From Girardia tigrina (taxonomy: Eukaryota): a stretch of 64,000 nt of DNA. This document shows positions 51,021 to 63,100 of this stretch, one piece after another; within the stretch, counting starts at the first letter, position 1, and every line of letters starts with the position of its first letter. A program made the translations under genes and the position numbers. The stretch spans positions 1 to 64,000 of the forward strand of contig MQRK01221564.1 in NCBI GenBank assembly GCA_001938485.1, written 5' to 3'. Below the pieces are notes generated by a model, which searched no databases, was not told the origin of the DNA, and worked only from the letters and a program-made list of their open reading frames with translations.

Positions 51021-51260
51021 TATATGACCCTAAATGTCATTAAAACGGAAATAAAAAACTATTTTGAAAATTTAATAAAAATATAAATTGCATCATTTCC
51101 TTTTTTGAAAAAGAATATCATTGTTATTAATAATAGTCTCACAAAATTAAAATATAAATAATTATGAAAAATTATTTTTTTAATAATTTAATTTGTCCAT
51201 TCATCATTATAAATTTCGGTTGATTTTTATCTTTGATTTAAAATTCTCTTTTTAAAAAAT
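51021..51260 (-). pseudogene. Diverged duplicate of the PGGHG intron end, acceptor and first codons (copy of 63761-64000)
   Basis: TATATGACCCTAAATG vs TATGTGACCCTAAATG, colinear through GATTTTTATCTTTGATTTA. Confidence 0.75.
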
Positions 51261-51562
51261 TTTTCTTTTTAATTATATTTTGTTTGTGTAATTTATGGTC
51301 TTCTAAAGTTATAGAAAATTTTTAGAAAATAATTTGGAAAAAAAAACTTAATAATTAGTGACTTTATTACCGTAACACTGCAATTGGTACTGTTAGAATT
51401 TAAATTTACGAACTACTAATAGGCTGGAAGTAGTACAAAGTATATAACCTGTAGTCCGTAAAAATAATTTCACCCATTAAAATAAAATAAATAAAAAAAT
51501 GTATGTGAAATCAAAAAACTAAACAATATAATTATGCAGTTGAACAATAACAAAGTGAAAAG

Positions 51563-51600
<38 letters not shown>

Positions 51601-51664
51601 AGTCTTGTGAACGCAAGTTTAGTATTTCAAAAATATAATTTGATTAAAGCTTTTTTATATAGTT

Positions 51665-51706
51665 ATTGGACATGTTTCGATGTTTACTTACATCATCATC
51701 GGCAAT
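51665..51706 (-). ncRNA. Hammerhead motif with a U4C core variant
   Basis: ATTG-CCGATGA-T-GATGT(AAGTAA)ACATC-GAAA-CATG-TC^CAAT. Confidence 0.65.
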
Positions 51707-52417
51707 TTTCGAATGTTTAATATATGAATATTGAATTGTTTGAATAACACAATTTTAATAGATACATTTACTTTAAAAGGTATATTAGGGATTTTATATT
51801 ATTATTTATTAAAGTATTATTGGGTAATAATGGCAAAAATATTTTATTTAAAAATTTTAAGTATTGAAATAACCTTACTTTGCCCATTCTGAATGTTAAT
51901 TGATGGGTTGTAGTGTCTTATTAATAGAGATTCACAAAACTGTCGTTCGTAATGTGAATCAAAACCNNNNNNNNNNNNNNNNNNNNNNNNNNNNNNNNNN
52001 NNNNNNNNNNNNNNNNNNNNNNNNNNNNNNNNNNNNNNNNNNNNNNNNNNNNNNNNNNNNNNNNNNNNNNNNNNNNNNNNNNNNNNNNNNNNNNNNNNNN
52101 NNNNNNNNNNNNNNNNNNNNNNNNNNNGAGCCTAAGGCTCTTTAGAGGGTCCACCCAAACTAAAGTCCTTAAGGGCCCCCCGATAGGCCTCCTACGGGGT
52201 CAGTGGCCTTCCGCCTCTGAGTAGTCGGCTTGCCAGTAACGAACGAACAACCATGGAACTTGGATAGTGGTTTAGTGGTTATAGTGGTTAGTATCTCCGC
52301 CTGTCTCTCCGATGTACGAGTTTTGACACATGTGACAATTAAATTTATATATCATTTTCATTTATATGAAAATGTGTTATTCAAACAATTCAATATTCAT
52401 ATATTAAACATCCAAAA

Positions 52418-52459
52418 ATTGCTGATGATGATGTATGTAAACATCGAAACATGTCTAAT
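52418..52459 (+). ncRNA. Minimal hammerhead ribozyme, intact core
   Basis: ATTG-CTGATGA-T-GATGT(ATGTAA)ACATC-GAAA-CATG-TC^TAAT. Confidence 0.75.
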
Positions 52460-52497
52460 AGTTGTATAAACAAAGATTTAATCAAATTATATTTTCG

Positions 52498-52535
<38 letters not shown>

Positions 52536-54082
52536 TGTTGGGAGCGTTCATAAAATATTAAATTTTTGTATTTTATCAAATTGTTAACCAAACAATTACA
52601 TTTCGTAAAATATTGTTATAAATATGATAAAATAAGCTTTTCAGAAATTTAATGTAAAATAATTAATTTAAGTAAGAAATAAAATAAATTTTACGGTAGG
52701 GTTATTAAAAGATTTATGTAAAGATTTATTATAAAGTAAAAAAAAAGTTAATTTCAAATTTGATGAAAATATTTATTTGAAATAAAATAAAAAGTAATTT
52801 AAGTTTGATTTTTATTTGCGAAATAAAAGTAAACTAAACCATTTTGATAACTTTTAAATCAAAGTAAATTTAAAATGTGGTTATAATTTTTTTTGTAAAA
52901 TGTAATTATAATTTTTTTGGAAAATGTAATTATAATTTTTTGGAAATTAAAATTCGAAGTAAAAAATATTTGTAGAACCATTAAATCGACAAATAAAAAA
53001 TGCAATTTTATTTTTTTTTTGAAAAATGTAATTGAGAAACAGGAAAATTTAAATGTACCATAAAATTGAAAAATTAATAAAAGACGCAACAAAATTTTTG
53101 TGACAAAATTTTAATTCCCTTTATTTTTTATTAAGGAAATATATAATTTTAATTTGTAAAAAATATACTAACCATATTTTTATTTATATCTATTTTTATT
53201 TATATTGGTTGTGTAAAAAAGAAAGTACAAAAGTTCCTCAAAAATATTTGTTTAAAAAATTCAAATTGTTATAAAAATAAATTTTTGTGTTCATGAAAAT
53301 GTCTTTTGAGAAAGAACCCAATATATATATCACAATAAGGTGGTAATAGACTCAGTAGTTACGTATAAAACCTGACAAATAAAATAATTGACGTTACTTT
53401 AAGAATCTAAGTTTACAAGAAATAAGAAAATAAGTTTACAAGGTGGGTGAATTGAGGATTGGTAGTGAAGAATACTTCGTATCAATAGAGTAATGTTTTT
53501 AAATAGTGAATCAAATTAGATCTTCGTACAGGAATAGGAATTACGTCAAACAATTTTATAGGAAATCATCTTCGTATAAACGGTCATGGTAAGTAAGTTG
53601 TTTATAATTTTTTATTATTTGTGAATTGATATTTTTTTTAAAATTTGAATTTCGAATTATTATTGTAATCCACAATTCCGATTTTAAATGTAAGGAGCGA
53701 TTTTATTTCTACTTTACCTTTGTCTTACATTCATTCTTCTATTTTCTTGGTCGCTTTCCTTCTTGCTATAAAATTTATTCCTTCTTTCTTTTAAATAAAA
53801 ATACAAGTCAAACATCGTTTATAAACTGAATAATTAAACTGAATAAAGAAAAATGTAAGAAACAAAATATACGAATCTATCTACATCGAATAATTATAAA
53901 AATGAAAACAAATAAATAAATAAATGCAGAATCTTTTGTTTTTGAGTACAAATAAAATAAAGATAAAGCAAAATTTTAAAAATGTCACAAGTGTTGATTG
54001 GTGTCGTAGAATTTTGTTGGGATAATATATTTCTACAGTTACTATTAAAAATATATTGTAAATATTGTAAATAAATACATTA

Positions 54083-54188
54083 AAACCTTTTTATGCGATT
54101 TTGTATTTGTGCGATGCGTTTGAGATCGCACAACAATACTCGCACAAATACAAAATGGCATGAAAAGGACCGCATAAAAACAGGTTTA
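54083..54188. repeat. Short hairpin/MITE; second copy at about 60392-60539 in the opposite orientation
   Basis: TTTTATGCGATTTTGTATTTGTGCGA...TCGCACAAATACAAAATGGCATGAAA. Confidence 0.75.
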
Positions 54189-54289
54189 AGATTAGTGGCT
54201 TCATTGTCATTCTATTTAAAAAGGTTACAAAATTATTTATTGATTTTCGTATTTTAGTTTTTTTTCATTCCGATTTTTTTTACATTAGT

Positions 54290-55700
54290 GATCTTTAATT
54301 ATTCCATTATTAATTATTCTATCAACAGACTAGCCTATGCTGACGACCTCTGCTTCATCGACACGGACTGGAACAACCTGATAAATAATTTGAACATTTT
54401 AAATGCATCCTTTTTAGACTTAGGTCTCAAAATTAACATCGGTAAAACCAAAGTTTTGAACCTAAACGGAGATACTGGGCAGCAGCTTGAGGACGGTATT
54501 GAGTGGGTCTCCAGCGTTTGTTACCTTGGATCCACGATCCAAACTGAGTATGAGGAATAAAAAGAAAGTAATCAACTCATGTATATTCTCCGTAGTCTAC
54601 TACGGCTGTGAAAGTTGAAGAACTGCGGACGAGAACATTTAGAAATTGCATGCCCTTCATAACCTATGCACGCGCATAGTTAGGAAGAAACACAAGATTG
54701 AAAAGATCCGTATGAACATCCTGGACATTGGACTCCCACATCCAATGGATATTATGGCGAGTAAAAGGCTTACTTTCCACAGTAAGACGTAAACTTCAGA
54801 GGAGTACGAGACAATCAAACGAATCTGGAAGAGAGAAATACAAATGGGGAAAAAGATCAGTGGGAGAAAGAAGCAATCAATTTCGGAATGTCTTCGAGTA
54901 GACATACTATGACTATTTGGGGATGATGTGGTGTATGGAGATTTCATTAACCGCATCATTCACAGAGATCCTACTGTATCCAGGGAAACATACACAAACT
55001 CCTTAATTCGATCAGGAAGACTCAATAGGACAAGAACAACTGTACCGAAGCTGATCGACAAGAGAGACAAACTCACCAATGTCCAGTAGAAAGATGCTAC
55101 AAGGAGTTTGCTGAAAAGAAGGAGCTGAACAGACACAGGAAAAGGGACCACGCGTTGTCTGCTTCCGCTAATCCTGATCAGCTCAATGAGACAAAACAAC
55201 AGCATTTTCATGTACATTATATAAAAAGTCGTACAAAACGAAGGGGTGGCTGACAAGGCCCCTCTACCGGGATCATAAATTGGAGGATACAGTAGAAATT
55301 GGAGAACCGACAATGACACCAGCGCAAACCAGTACAACAAATAGCACTGACGAAAGTGTCGTAGAAAACCTCAAAATTCCAGGCAACCATATTCAATCCG
55401 TGACGGACCTCCCGACTATCTCAATGGCGGTGGAAGAAGCAATAGGTACTGAAAAAACATATCTGACTTTTAGAATTGCAGATCTAACTGCTTGGGGGGA
55501 GTTCAGATGTCCCTTTCGCGGCTGTACGAAGATATGCAGAACCATGGCTATACAATCTGTGGGTAGTCGTTTCTCACAGGGAAGCCGAAAAGATCTCAGA
55601 GACTATCGGGGGGCTTCTAGTGATTCTTTAATATGGGTGGACCCTCTAAAGAGCCTAGAGACTCAATACCATTCGAAAGAGATTGGAGGCCCACAGTATA
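54290..55700 (+). mobile_element. Decayed non-LTR retrotransposon (RTE-like RT, 3' half)
   Basis: LAYADDL, GLKINIGKTKVL, YLGS, LLYGCE. Confidence 0.8.
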
Positions 55701-56276
55701 AAAAATAATGCAACAATATAAATAAAAACTTTTGATCGATTTCGGTTCTTAAGTGAAAATTGAACGGATCAATTATTAAAAGTAAAGGGCTCAGATTGCA
55801 TCGAATTATCTAACTTCTATAAGGTTAATCAAATATCCATTTAACAAAAGATTATATATGTATATAAAAATGAATAAAAAATAAAAATGTCACATTTTCG
55901 TTTGTATTAGACCAAAATTCTTTTTTTCAAAATTTTAGCTAAAAAGCACTGAATGTCCTTTATTCGCAATACAAAATATTTCTTGTTTTTATAATTATTA
56001 CATTTTTAGTTGTTACATTGCTTAAGAAACAAATTCATTAATGTAAAGGTAAATGTTTTAAAAGTATGTTAAATATTTTCGAATTTTAAGGAGTTTTATA
56101 CTCGCCAGATAAAAAAATATAAGTTTTTCAATTTTTTTATCAAAATTAAAGGAGGGTCTTATATATTTTTGGGTTCTTTAAACTCAAAAATACGGTAATT
56201 CCAGATGTTGTGAAAATCTTGTGAAAAAGACACCCATAACAGATAAACATGTATATTTAAAAAAATATAAAAGATA

Positions 56277-57300
56277 CTATAATGAAACCTTAAATTCAAA
56301 TTGACTAGAAGTTTTAAGAAAATTATTCAAAATGATTGCGTCTGTATGTACAAATTTCCTAAATGCTGCAATGGCTTTCACAACAAACGCCTCTGGCTGA
56401 TTCTTCCAGACTTGCGCAATGGAATGCCCCAGGTCCTTGGCACTTGTATAACGAGAATGGCAAGCTTCACTCTCTAAACGTGCCAATATCGAGTAATATG
56501 GAGGATTCGCATCTGGAATAGATGGTGGTTTCTTCTCTATGGTAGTAATAAATAAGGCTTAGTCCTTCAAGAGCTTTTGGACTATCTTAGCTATATGGTA
56601 AGGATAAAAACAAAGATTTCCTCGGGAAACTCCTTTTTCAGCCCCAGCAGTACAGTTTGGCTTAGAGATTGTTGGTAACCTGTGGCATTTAGTCCGTAAC
56701 CAGAATAGAAAAACACTAATTAGTTGACTTTTTCATTCGATGCTGCCATAGTCAGTATTATTTGGTAGATGGGATGCCTTATTCTGCTTATCGTTCGTGC
56801 ATAACTGATGGCATAATCCCTTAAGAAAATGACACAGTCATTCCAACGGTTCATTGATGGATCCACAGTGAAAGTGTTTTCGTTAATTCTAGTTGAACTG
56901 ACTTCTTGTCGTTCAAAAGAGACTGATATCGTTCAAAACGATTCTTCTTCATTGTATTGGTTAACAAAGGTCTAAGAATCATAGCACATTGGTTGCCACC
57001 AAGTGTTTTGATTGCACGACTGACCTGGGACTTATGAATTCCAAACTTCGAAGCATGAACCGTAATTGATCGCTCTAGATGGGCCTTCATGTTTTTTCAG
57101 AGTCTGGATAGGTTTATTATTGACTTTAGACCACTACTAGGCCTGTCTTACAGACTCTCTTTTGTAATTCAATCATTTGCGGACTCGATCTACTGTTCTC
57201 ACAGAGCATCTCAGTTGCTCGGTAATTTGATCGTCAAGGTGACCAGCACGTGGTATTGTGGCAATCTCAGTCTGTTTTGCTGCTATGCGTTTACAAACAA
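56277..57300 (-). mobile_element. Decayed Tc1/mariner-superfamily element, probably DD37D/maT-like
   Basis: Helix-turn-helix (FGIHKSQVSRAIK), RPLLT, DENTFTVD..N..ND, PDANP.YYSI, LESEAC; subfamily not confirmed. Confidence 0.65.
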
Positions 57301-58257
57301 ATTTCAAAATATCAAAGATTGATTTAAAAAATGTCAATACAAATTGTTAATACAAATTATTAAATTTGTGTAAACCAAATATTCTTTGGAAAAATTGTCT
57401 CAATTATTAAACAAAGGATTTTAAATTACAAAAATTATTTTTAAAATAATTAATTTTATTTTATCTCTTGTAAAAAATTATTATTATATTCGATTTAAAA
57501 GTTTTCGTGTTAATTTTGATCTGATAATTAAAAATTAATTTTTTCTTTTATCCACTTGAAGTCATTTGAAATAAACAAAAAGGTATCGAATTTCTTTAGT
57601 TTTTCTATTAAATAATTATGGGTAACTTGTAGCCAATTTATTTTTTTTTATATTTTGCATTAAAAATAAAAATTTCTTAACATAAATTTAAAATGATTCA
57701 AAAGGTTTTGTTCTTTAATTTTTAAATTTTAAGTAACTGAATCTTGTTTTTTTTCTGTTTTAAAAATTTCTTTATAATATTATTAAAATATATAAAATAT
57801 CTTCTGGTAGAAAATATTATTAAAAAAATATTTAAAGATTTGTGGGTTTTCTAGCAACAATAATTGAGAAAAAGGAAACTAAGAATGATTAAACATTTTT
57901 TTCGAATTTATTTATGTATTAAAATCAATCTATTGAAGAAAATTAACTTTTTATCAGCTTAATCTGTTGATGTCGATTTTTAAAGAAATTTACAGAAATT
58001 GAAGATAAAAATTTTAAAAAATTAAAAAATGAAATATTTAATAATCATTTATATAAATATAATTTATTTGTTTTTTAATAAAATAATTAATTTATTTTTT
58101 ATTTTTAATAATCTTTTTTAAAATTACATTATTTATTATTAATTATATTATATTTTAATACTTTGTACTCTTTAATTCGTTATTAGCACCATTGTAATCT
58201 ATACAAATATAAAAATAAGATTAACTTATAAATATTATTTCATCAACGTCAAAAATA

Positions 58258-59602
58258 CCGCATATTTTGGTATAAAATAGACGGTTCCCTTATCTAAAAG
58301 TAACAAAAATTGAACTTTTAATCCTGTGATCTAGACAGGTTAATATTAGATAAGATAACTGTTGAAGTTTTCATATGTTTTTGGATCGAAATGAGGTTCC
58401 CTCAAGCTCCAGTAGAATCGATAGGAAGGGGGTGGCGAAAGTAGATCGATTGAGACTCACGTCTTTGGCCGCCGACGCTAGATTCTTGGACGTAACGGAG
58501 AGAAAAATGGTCCACAGTACAAAGACGTGACCAGTGAGTGAGAACAAAGTTCGAAGAACAAAGGTAAGGCCGTCATATTGTCTAGTCGAAGCAACATATA
58601 ATCTAAGTGAAGTTCGCCAAACGTATTGCGGTTGATGTACCCCTGACGATTCTGAATGAAGACGGTTTCTTGTCTATTAAGAACATTTAGACAAGTCTCA
58701 TTTAAATTTTTATTACAATCACATTTAGAGTCATTGAGACTCTCAGAAGGTCTTTCATCGTTTGCCATCATTCTAATTGGTTTTCTTATTTCTGTTTTTA
58801 ATCGAAATTTTTATTTTTATTCGAAAAATAATAATTTGAACCATGTCTAAATAAAACCCAAAATAATTAAAATGTTACCAAATTATTAAAATGCATTTAA
58901 TTTAAATTCTACTAAAAAGTATTAAACTTAATTTTAATTGTTAATTTATAAAATATAAACTTATCAAATGATTATTTTAATTATTTTCGAATAGTCAATC
59001 ACTTTAAATTTAAATAAAAAATACCAATTTCCATCTGGGTGGGAGAATCACCATTCTAAATTCAACATACCTAAATCAACATACATCAAACTTTCCTTTA
59101 CACATACATTGACACATTCAAACAATTTAAAATATTCCTCACACTGTCGACAAATAAAAAACAGATTCATGAAGATATTTTTTATTTCATTAATATCACT
59201 CAAAGATCACATTCAAAAATTGTTTTTTGAATCACTCTTTGTTAGTTTATTAAAACAACACTCTGTTATTTTTTTATTTCTTGTTTTATTATTTCCGACT
59301 TATTTTATTTCAGAGCATTTTTTTATTTTAGTGAATATTCATCGATGAAATTTCTTTTATTTATATATTTTTTCTCATTAGTAAAATAATTATTAAAGAC
59401 AAAATTTTGTTGATGATATAATTTTGGTAGTGATGACTTTTAGTGTGATATAATTTTTTTAAATGACAAAGTTTAAATTGTTTAGGGATGTTGGAAATCC
59501 GCGGGAAAATGAATTTTTTAATTAATGGTCACGATTATGACCCACCATTCTTGGGAAAAGGATTTAGGGATAAAAGATCGTCTAATATACGGAAATATAC
59601 GG
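58258..59602. mobile_element. Non-autonomous pogo-like element hosting nested insertions
   Basis: TA-CCGCATATTTTGGTATAAAATAGACG ... CGTCTAATATACGGAAATATACGG-TA; imperfect TIRs. Confidence 0.55.
58675..59143 (-). mobile_element. Solo-LTR-like element (TG..TA family), 469 bp
   Basis: Close match to 31703-32192; flanks TTGTC/CTGTC. Confidence 0.8.
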
Positions 59603-59741
59603 TATTTTTTACTACTCTTTTTTACAAAACCCATATTAAAAGGATTATATTTCTAAACACAATCATTTAGACAGTTAAAACAATCGTTAAAGAAAAATAT
59701 ACAAAAGATATAAGGTCTAAAGAATAACAATAAATTAATAC

Positions 59742-59960
59742 CTGTTTTATAAGTTTCGTGCTCTAATATCAATTTCCTTTTTTGATCAACGGGAAAAGAT
59801 AAATTTTGTCCCAAATTAAACCAATATCTCATTTCATTATTTATTTGTCCACTGAACTTTTTTGCTAATTGAAGAGGAGCTTTCAGAGCCAACTGAGCTG
59901 CGATATTGGTGAAGGCGGAATTATTACAAGAATGTACATATTCATCCGGGGGCATTACAT
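59742..59960 (-). CDS. PGGHG: PGGHG exon with the catalytic PPDEY motif
   Basis: tttgcAG|AT GTA ATG completes Asp, then VMPPDEYVHSCNNSAFTN...HETYKT; donor G|GTATTA, phase 1. Confidence 0.9.
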
Positions 59961-60391
59961 CTGCAAATTACATTTTAACTAAAATAATATTCTTTTTCGT
60001 TTGTTAGATTTCCAGAAAAAATAAAAGTATATATTAAAACGTTTAAATATATTTACTTTTGGAAGTTTTATTATAATTTATTCATTTATCCCAGCAATAA
60101 ATTATCGAATATATTACAAATTATTATGAGTTACGAGTTTGGGAGTTTAGAAAGAAAATAAGAAAATAGTAATGCAAAAATGAAAATGTATATTAATTTA
60201 ATAAATTCTAAAGAAATTATGCTAAGTTCTCGAATATAAATAATAAAATCACTTTTGTTTTGTCTCAATTTAGAATTCGATCTTGAACCGAATCATTTTC
60301 TTTTTGCAATTAAAAAATGTTGAAGTGTCTTATTTGTCGACACCCACCAACATATACTTATTTATTTTATTCGTTTATTAATCTTACACTC

Positions 60392-60539
60392 AAACATGTT
60401 TTGATGCGGTCGTTTTTATGCGATTTTTTATTTGTGTGAATTTTTTTGAGATTTTCTTTGTCCGATCTCATATAAAAATTTAAATTATGAGATTGCACAA
60501 AAAATTCGCACAAATAAAAAATCGCATAAAAATAGGTTT
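60392..60539. repeat. Short hairpin/MITE, same family as 54083-54188
   Basis: TTTTTATGCGATTTTTTATTTGTGTGAA...TTCGCACAAATAAAAAATCGCATAAAAA. Confidence 0.75.
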
Positions 60540-60547
60540 GAGTATTA

Positions 60548-61477
60548 CAGCATGATTCATAAGTCTGTTCATCCCCCTTATTTTTTGAGAAAAAGATCAA
60601 ATATTTAACAAAACATTTATTACATGGAACTTTCAATACTTAGTTGAATGTCCTTTCATGTCCTTTATCATTTTTAATCGCTTAGGTATGGATTCAACAA
60701 GACTTTTACAATAGCCTTTTGATAGTTCGTATCATATTTTTTGAACAGTCACCCACAGCTGTTCTGACGATGTGCACCTTATCGTCTGTAATTTGTTTTA
60801 AAAGTCTACTAACGATGATTATAACATTTGAAAATGCATTCATCGCTAAATATAACACTTTTTAACAATTTTTTTTATAACACCAAGTTTTTTTATCCCA
60901 ATGTTGATATAATGAAGCCCACTGCATTCTTCTTTGTCTCTGTTTAGCGGTAAGGAAAGGTTTCTTTACAGCTTTGAATGCCCGTATTCCATATTTCTGT
61001 AAAATCCTTTCGACTGTCGACTTACTTATGGCTATTGAGGAAGAAGAATTAAATATCCTTGTAATATTTAACGTGGAAATATCATTGTTTAAACGACTTA
61101 TGCGTTTAGTCACTCTTTCTGATCTGGCGCTTTGTTTATGAGGTCTGCCTCGACGTGACTGATCTTTCACTTTTCCTGTTTATAAATACTTTGCCCATAT
61201 TTTTGCATTTCCCGTTTTGAAATATTTCTATTATATCTTGTTAATAGTTCGACCTTTATTTGATTCCATATACTTCCTGCATTTTTAAGCGCAACAATCA
61301 TTCCACGCTCAAAATCACTAAATACTCTTGAAATTTAATTTATCTAAAATTTAAAAAAATAAGTCATTAATGAAAATTTCAATATTTAACATATAAATTC
61401 AAATGTGTTGCATAAAAAAAACTATTTATAAACAAATATTCAAAATTAGGAGGTGAACATATTTATGAATCATACTG
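60548..61477 (-). mobile_element. Internally deleted Tc1-like transposon
   Basis: TIRs CAG(C/T)ATGATTCATAA..(C/A)TGTTCA with TA TSD; RRGRP, KKPFLT..QRQRRMQWA and C-terminal LVESIPKRL..GHSTKY; most of the DDE core is absent. Confidence 0.85.
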
Positions 61478-61889
61478 TATTATATTAATATTTACATTAA
61501 TATTATTTTATTTAACTATCTTATTTTAATTTATAATAATTACAAATAGCAATAGTATCGATTATTCGATATTGCTTTAGACAATCAGTTTTAAATTAAA
61601 ATTTTAAAAAATTAATAAGATTATTATTTTAGGAACTTAATCGTCTCTCCTACTGCGTACTATTTTTAATTGTTATCACGACAAATATGAAACAAATAAT
61701 ATAATAATAAATAATAATAAATAATAATAATAATAAATATGAAAATACAAACAATTACATTTTGATAGATCATATTTTGTACTCTATACAAATATTATTA
61801 AAATTATATCTGTCGGTAGGCCCAAAGAGCATGAGGGATCCTACCTCGATTGGGAATGATCATAAATAAAAATGAATTTGTATCTAAGA

Positions 61890-62610
61890 TCTAGGGAACT
61901 TGCACGATATTTTGATTTTTGCAAAAAATAAAGAAGAGCATATGCGACGAATAAAACATGTACTGGACAAAAATAAAGGAAGTAGATTTAAGAATTAACC
62001 CAGAAAAGTGCCAATTTTCAAAAGAAAGAACAAAATTATAGGATATATTGTCAGCAAAAATGGTATAGAAACTGATCAAACAAAGATTGAGGCCATTAAA
62101 AAATTTCAGAACATATCATGTATTAAATATTTCTTGGGTCTGACAAATTATTACAGAAAATTTTTAAAAGATTACGCAAAATACTCAAAAAAGGTTTGTG
62201 TGGTAAGAATAAAGACAAGAAAATAATATAGACTGAAGAATGCAAGGAAGCTTTTCAAAAATTGAAAGAAAAAATGATTGTCTATACTGGCGTATCCAGA
62301 TTTTGAGAATGAGTTTATACTGAGTACAATGCAAGTTTCGAAACAATCGTGGCAGTATTATCGCTGAAGGACATTAAAAAGGATCACATAAAATGAACAA
62401 ACACGAGCTTGGATTTTTTGTTACGAGGAAAGAGCTGCTGGCAATTTATTAGTTTACGTAAAATTTTAAACATTTTTTAAAAGGTAAAGAAATTTTACTA
62501 AGAACTGATCAAAAAGCTATTACCTTTAGGCTGAATACGAAAATCCCAATAACACCACAATTTCAAACGTGGATAAATTTTCTTAGTGGTCTGGATATGA
62601 GAATGGAATT
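61890..62610 (+). mobile_element. Gypsy RT/RNase H remnant
   Basis: GFRINPEKC, FLGLTNYYRKF, LAYPDF, RKELLA, RTDQKA, TPQFQTW. Confidence 0.85.
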
Positions 62611-62614
62611 ACCT

Positions 62615-63100
62615 ATAAGATCGGTTTCCTATAATAGTGTTATCATTTGATGGAATAATCAACATAGATGGAAGATTGATATTTTAATTGTTTTAAGCTG
62701 TCTGATTATTCGAACAATTTCAAAATGTAAATAAAAAATTAAAAATAAAATTAATATATTTTAATTAATAAATATATAATAATATTTTAATCAAAATATT
62801 TTAAATCTATGAAAAAGTGATTAAAATATTTTGATAGTATATTATAACGAAAAGATTTATTCAATCATAAATAATATATTTAAAAGGAATTTGCAATATT
62901 TTTGAAAATAATTTAAAATTATTTTAGAAAGGAATTTTAATTTAAATTTGTTCGAATAATTAAAGCTTTAGAAACAGAACTAAAAAATTTATCGATCAAG
63001 AACGAGGTCTAACTTTGAAAGTTTCGGGGAGAATTGTCTGGAGGCAATTGGAGTTGTGATGTTAATAAAAGTGTTGGCAATCATATTAGTGTTCTTAATA
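62615..63100 (+). mobile_element. Diverged solo-LTR-like element (TG..TA family); 5' end eroded
   Basis: 3' TAGTGTTCTTAATA; internal ATCAAGAACGA and CATAGATGGAAGATTG blocks shared with other copies. Confidence 0.6.

Larger units (their letters stand above)
51596..52500 (-). mobile_element. Short PLE with an inverted pLTR, flanked by (TA)n on both sides, with a nested insert
   Basis: YKFNCHMCQNSYIGET and CESLLIRHYNPSINIQN; 52370-52500 is an inverted copy of about 51625-51750; TA runs at 51565-51595 and 52501-52531; 52128-52190 matches the reverse complement of 55603-55664. Confidence 0.85.

Noticed and set aside
53440-53595. Possible plus-strand exon ending in G|GTAAGT (LDLRTGIGITSNNFIGNHLRINGH)
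   Set aside because: No convincing partner exons or recognisable homology.
141-62226. Most short ORFs in the track, including antisense, low-complexity and N-spanning ones (e.g. 8365, 44741, 52859)
   Set aside because: They are shadows of real genes or TEs, AT-rich chance ORFs, or artefacts of N runs.
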